Origin: Octopus vulgaris
Taxonomy: Eukaryota
Length of the DNA stretch: 64,000 bases
NCBI GenBank assembly: GCA_951406725.2
Contig: OX597815.1
Location: 122,450,001-122,514,000, forward strand
Reading direction: 5' to 3'
Shown here: one piece after another, positions 1 through 64,000 of the stretch
Position numbering within the stretch: position 1 is the stretch's first letter
Layout of the letters: each line of letters begins with the position of its first letter
Notes under the pieces: model-generated
Told to the model about the DNA's origin: nothing
The model's database searches: none
Seen by the model: only the letters and a program-made list of their open reading frames with translations
Program-made: the position numbers and the translations under genes

Positions 1-154
1 GATATTCTCATTGTTTATGTAGTAAATGAAATTAAAGTAATACCTATTAATCTATAACTGAATGCCTCCTTTATATTTTTATGTGTTATTTTATTTAATA
101 TGATAGGATGATTAAGAGAAAAAGATTTCCAAAACAAACAAAAATATATCTTAC

Positions 155-62776
<62,622 letters not shown>

Positions 62777-64000
62777 CTAATGTAAATCAAATAAGTTTTT
62801 AAAAAATACATTCTCATATAATAATCAGAGTTTTATCTGATGGTTATTTATCTTCCCTTGATTTAAAGAAATATGAAATTTTGTTTACATCTAAATGAGA
62901 GAAATAAAGAACAAATATTAATTTCATGTAATATAGAGAATATTACCTTGAAAGAGGAGTAATTTATGATGGTTAATAGTATTTAGACTTATTACAGGTT
63001 GAACTTGTGCAATACTCTGATGTAAATGAGGATCCTTTTTAATATAGGGCATATGTTTAGAAATTTATCTGAATGTTGTATGGATGAAACTTTCATTGAT
63101 CTTTGAATGACCATCTGGAAGCACATTTAAATATTTCTTGTATGCATCCGTATAGGATTTTAATATTAGCTGTTTCCAACATTTTTTAATTTTTACTTAC
63201 TCAGAGATTTCTGCTGACTTAATACTATGTATTTGTCTTTTTTTTCTTAACTTCAGATTCTAAGCTGTATGTAAAGTTGGTCTGATATGATATAAACTGT
63301 TGTTATTTAATAAATTCTTACAATGGTTGAATAGAATTCATGTAGAAAATGATGGATGAACATAAGGCAAGAATTTTATTGTTCTGCATGTCTATGCAAG
63401 AGATGCTTATACCAATTCATCAAATACAAATATTTTCCAAAGAGATGGAAAACAATCTTTGAATAAATTTCCATCAAAAGAAAATTATTGGTTGTAGTTT
63501 TGTTGTTCTCCAAAATCAATCTTATTGCCACATACTTTTTTTTTATCTTCTATTCAACATGATTTTCCATACATCAGTGTGCGTGTGTGTAATTGTGTGA
63601 GCGTGTGTATTGTATATGTATACATGGGTCTGCACATAAGCACCTATTATTCTTTTATACAGAATGCATATATTTTTCCCATGAATTCATGCACGAATGC
63701 AATAAAAGCATTCAGGAATGATGGGTTTTTTCTCACTTGAACAAGTAAAGTGTAAAAACAATGCTCAGTTATCTAATTGGTAAAATTACCAAAGGTTTCT
63801 TATTTGCATTATTTTTTTAAAAACATCTTTAAATATATCTCAGTATGATTGATATAAAAGTTAATGTCCAAGGGTTAAAAATATAAAACTATGTTTTAAA
63901 TTAAGTATTGATTTTAAATTAATTTTTATAGCCTTGTTTAAAAATCAGAAATATGTTCTCCAACTTTCAGAAATATTCTTCTTAAATTTCTCCTGACAAA

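Noticed and set aside
63201-63224. Possible 24-nt microexon with a GTAAGT donor upstream of exon A
   Set aside because: Purine-rich acceptor, and the upstream exon is outside the window so phase cannot be tested.

Overview
AT-rich animal genomic DNA, most likely an octopus (coleoid cephalopod), inferred from its SINE families and microsatellite load. The window is an internal part of one giant titin/obscurin/kettin-like muscle gene on the minus strand; neither end of the gene is present. I reconstructed a phase-consistent chain of 29 exons by hand. In transcript order these are: two paralogous giant repetitive acidic cassette exons (A, 57602-62776, 5175 nt; B, 44854-49266, 4413 nt; both phase 1-1), microexons, two Ig domains, an IQ motif split over two exons, a third giant cassette exon (C, 21495-25388, 3894 nt, phase 0-0), then a tandem array of about 12 Cys-rich I-set Ig domains. 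Some Ig domains are split into 38/77/167-nt exons and others are intronless. Introns hold SINEs, MITEs, LINE relics and a Penelope-like element with inverted pLTRs. The most notable signals are: (1) each duplicated giant exon is followed by a conserved non-coding module with a YGCY cluster, (T)GCATG motifs, a short intron and a stop-containing exon, and in copy B a read-through hydrophobic tail; (2) a consensus recursive-splicing AG|GT site lies between the two giant exons; (3) a sense-strand type I hammerhead ribozyme and long dsRNA hairpins sit in the intron before exon C; (4) FFAT-like motifs recur in the acidic exons. All splice models and functions are hand-derived predictions with no expression data.
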